64,000 bases of DNA from Myxococcota bacterium (GTDB lineage Bacteria > Myxococcota_A > Polyangia > Nannocystales > Nannocystaceae), in assembly GCA_039028615.1 (NCBI GenBank), contig JBCCHT010000039.1, forward strand, positions 32,001-96,000. Direction: 5' to 3'. Below are positions 59,685-64,000 of the stretch, one piece after another. The notes beneath the pieces are model-generated. The model was given only the letters and a program-made list of their open reading frames with translations. It was not told where the DNA came from and ran no database searches. The position numbers were made by a program, and so were the translations under genes. Positions within the stretch are counted from its first letter, which is position 1; every line of letters starts with the position of its first letter.

Positions 59685-60271
59685 GGGATCTGATTCGGAT
59701 TCGACGCGGGGTCGACGTCCCGAGAGATAAGCTCGGGAGTCTTTGGCGGCCCGCGGTTGCCCGCTTGTTGTGCAGCCGCGATGCCAACGGCCGCGCTGTG
59801 CCGCCGAAATTCGGAGCCGTCGACGGTTTCCTCAGTGATCTCGAAGGCAAGCCGCGCTGGCGTCCGTTTTTGGCGATGGGTCGCGCGAGACTGGGGAGCC
59901 CTGGAGCGCGCGGCCGATCGCTGCGACCTCCGCCGGGATTGAGCAGGGTCCGCGCGGCAACTCGGCGAGATTCACCGATTGCGGCAGATCCTTCATGGCC
60001 ACCGCCGTGATCCCATGGCTTCACCAGTCGCCACGCACGCCCCCGTGATTTCGACGGCCGCCGTCGTCGTCGAAATCTCCGCGGGGGCTCCGTGCGTATC
60101 CAACCTTGAAGCCCCATGCCCCCGAACGAGCCCGCTCCGGTCCGCGGTCGCCCGGAAGATCGGGGGTCGATGTCCCGGTCTCGGACGCCACCCGTGGCGA
60201 CCCAGCCCCTGCCCCACGGCCGGAACGCGCCCGAGCAAAACGGACAATGGCGGCTGTTACGATGGCTGACG

Positions 60272-62929
<2,658 letters not shown>

Positions 62930-62953
62930 GGGCGCCGTCGACATGCCCCGCGC

Positions 62954-63886
62954 TCATGCGCTGTGCTTGTCGAAGAACGCCACGAGCTTGCCGACGACCT
63001 GATCGACGTACACGTCCTTGTCGTAGAGGTCGACATGGGTCGCCCCCTCGATCTCGTGAAACTCCTTGTCCGAGGTCACCTTGTCGAAGAACACCTGGGT
63101 GGCGATCTTGGTGTCCGCCGCGGAGCCCACGATGCCGCAGTAGGGCTGGACGAACTTGTCGGCGTAGTGCTCCCCGAGGTTCAGGACCGCCGTCTCGTTG
63201 ATGGTCGACAGCAGGACGTTGGAGAAGTTCGGGTAGGTCTGGGTGCCGCCGCGCGCGGTGCCGTAGTAGTCGTAGCCTTCCCGCTGGCCCTGTGGCTGCT
63301 CGGGGTTCTTCTGCAGGTAGTCCGGGTCGGTGTAGCCGAAGTAGTCGTTCGACACGGGCTTGCCCGTCTCGAACATCTGCTGCCGAGCCTGGTTCGCCCC
63401 CGTCACCATGGCCTTGAAGAAGTCCATGTTGGCGAAGTGGAACATGTCGGTGGCCATCATGCCGCTGACGGACGCGAAGGCCTTGACCCGCAAGTCGGTG
63501 ATGATGGTCGACGACAAGATGTTGCCGCCGCCGCACATGCCGAGCCCGAACACGTTGGACGCGTCGACCCCGGGCCGACTGGCGAGGAACGAGATGGCGT
63601 TCCGCAGGGCCTCCCACTTGAGGGGGAAGTCGTCGTCGTTGCGGAAATCCTCGGTGTAGGAATCGGACTCGCCCTTGCTGACGTAGTCGAAGGCCAGCGC
63701 GACGAACCCCGCCCGGGCCAAGCGCGGGCCGTAGTTGGCCAGCGCCTGATCTTTGACCTGCGGGAAGGGTGGGGTCATCACGACCGCCTTGTGCAGGGTG
63801 GAGGTATTGAAGTCGTCGGGGAGGTAGAGGTCGCCGCGGACGGTGACGCCCTTGCTCTGGAAGGAGATTTTCTCGATGGTGGTCAT
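62954..63886 (-). CDS. Alpha/beta hydrolase (COG1073/YcjY-like, Cys nucleophile)
   Basis: GDLYLP, VKDQ...Y...LA..GFVALAFD...GES, GLGMCGGG, IVGS.AD, IEGATHVDLYD. Confidence 0.88.
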   Translation of the reverse strand: MTTIEKISFQSKGVTVRGDLYLPDDFNTSTLHKAVVMTPPFPQVKDQALANYGPRLARAGFVALAFDYVSKGESDSYTEDFRNDDDFPLKWEALRNAISFLASRPGVDASNVFGLGMCGGGNILSSTIITDLRVKAFASVSGMMATDMFHFANMDFFKAMVTGANQARQQMFETGKPVSNDYFGYTDPDYLQKNPEQPQGQREGYDYYGTARGGTQTYPNFSNVLLSTINETAVLNLGEHYADKFVQPYCGIVGSAADTKIATQVFFDKVTSDKEFHEIEGATHVDLYDKDVYVDQVVGKLVAFFDKHSA

Positions 63887-64000
63887 GGCTTTGTTCCGTG
63901 CGTTGGCTGGGTTTGTGTGTGGCGAGGAGGCCAACCGCGGCCCTCGTCTGAGATGCATATTGCGATCGAAAGATCAAATAAAAAGGTCCACTTCATCGCA

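Noticed and set aside
63890..64000. LysR-type operator upstream of the alpha/beta hydrolase
   Set aside because: AT-rich, but truncated by the window edge; any divergent gene is not visible.

Overview
GC-rich bacterial DNA with clear myxobacterial hallmarks: a MYXO-CTERM protein, Cys-rich lipoproteins, a DUF1552/DUF1592 pair, TPR Ser/Thr kinases, and PEGA and FHA proteins; probably Nannocystaceae-like. The main feature is a six-gene, largely translationally coupled operon of about 18.7 kb (7928-26643). It looks like a Gram-negative poly-gamma-glutamate (gamma-PGA) synthesis and trans-envelope export machine. Gene order: CHASE2-GAF-PAS sensor without an output domain; tandem PgsC/CapC fused to two degenerate hydrolase-like domains; membrane-anchored beta-rich protein; Zn-hydrolase-like protein; ~1690-aa TPR plus C-terminal beta-barrel protein; giant (~1630 aa) PgsB/CapB ligase. 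No capA, capD or capE is visible. A PghP-type gamma-PGA hydrolase lipoprotein lies about 12 kb downstream. Other notable items: a stand-alone GyrB ATPase/transducer fragment with altered catalytic lysines; an orphan PatA/PatG-type protease plus a PatG-DUF-only partner; a 4.6-kb islet bounded by 17-bp direct repeats, carrying a Fur-boxed methyltransferase, a LysR remnant and a low-GC lipoprotein; Zur-like boxes upstream of a COG0523 GTPase; and two CotH kinases. No rRNA, tRNA or CRISPR was seen. All calls come from reading motifs by eye; no database searches were run.
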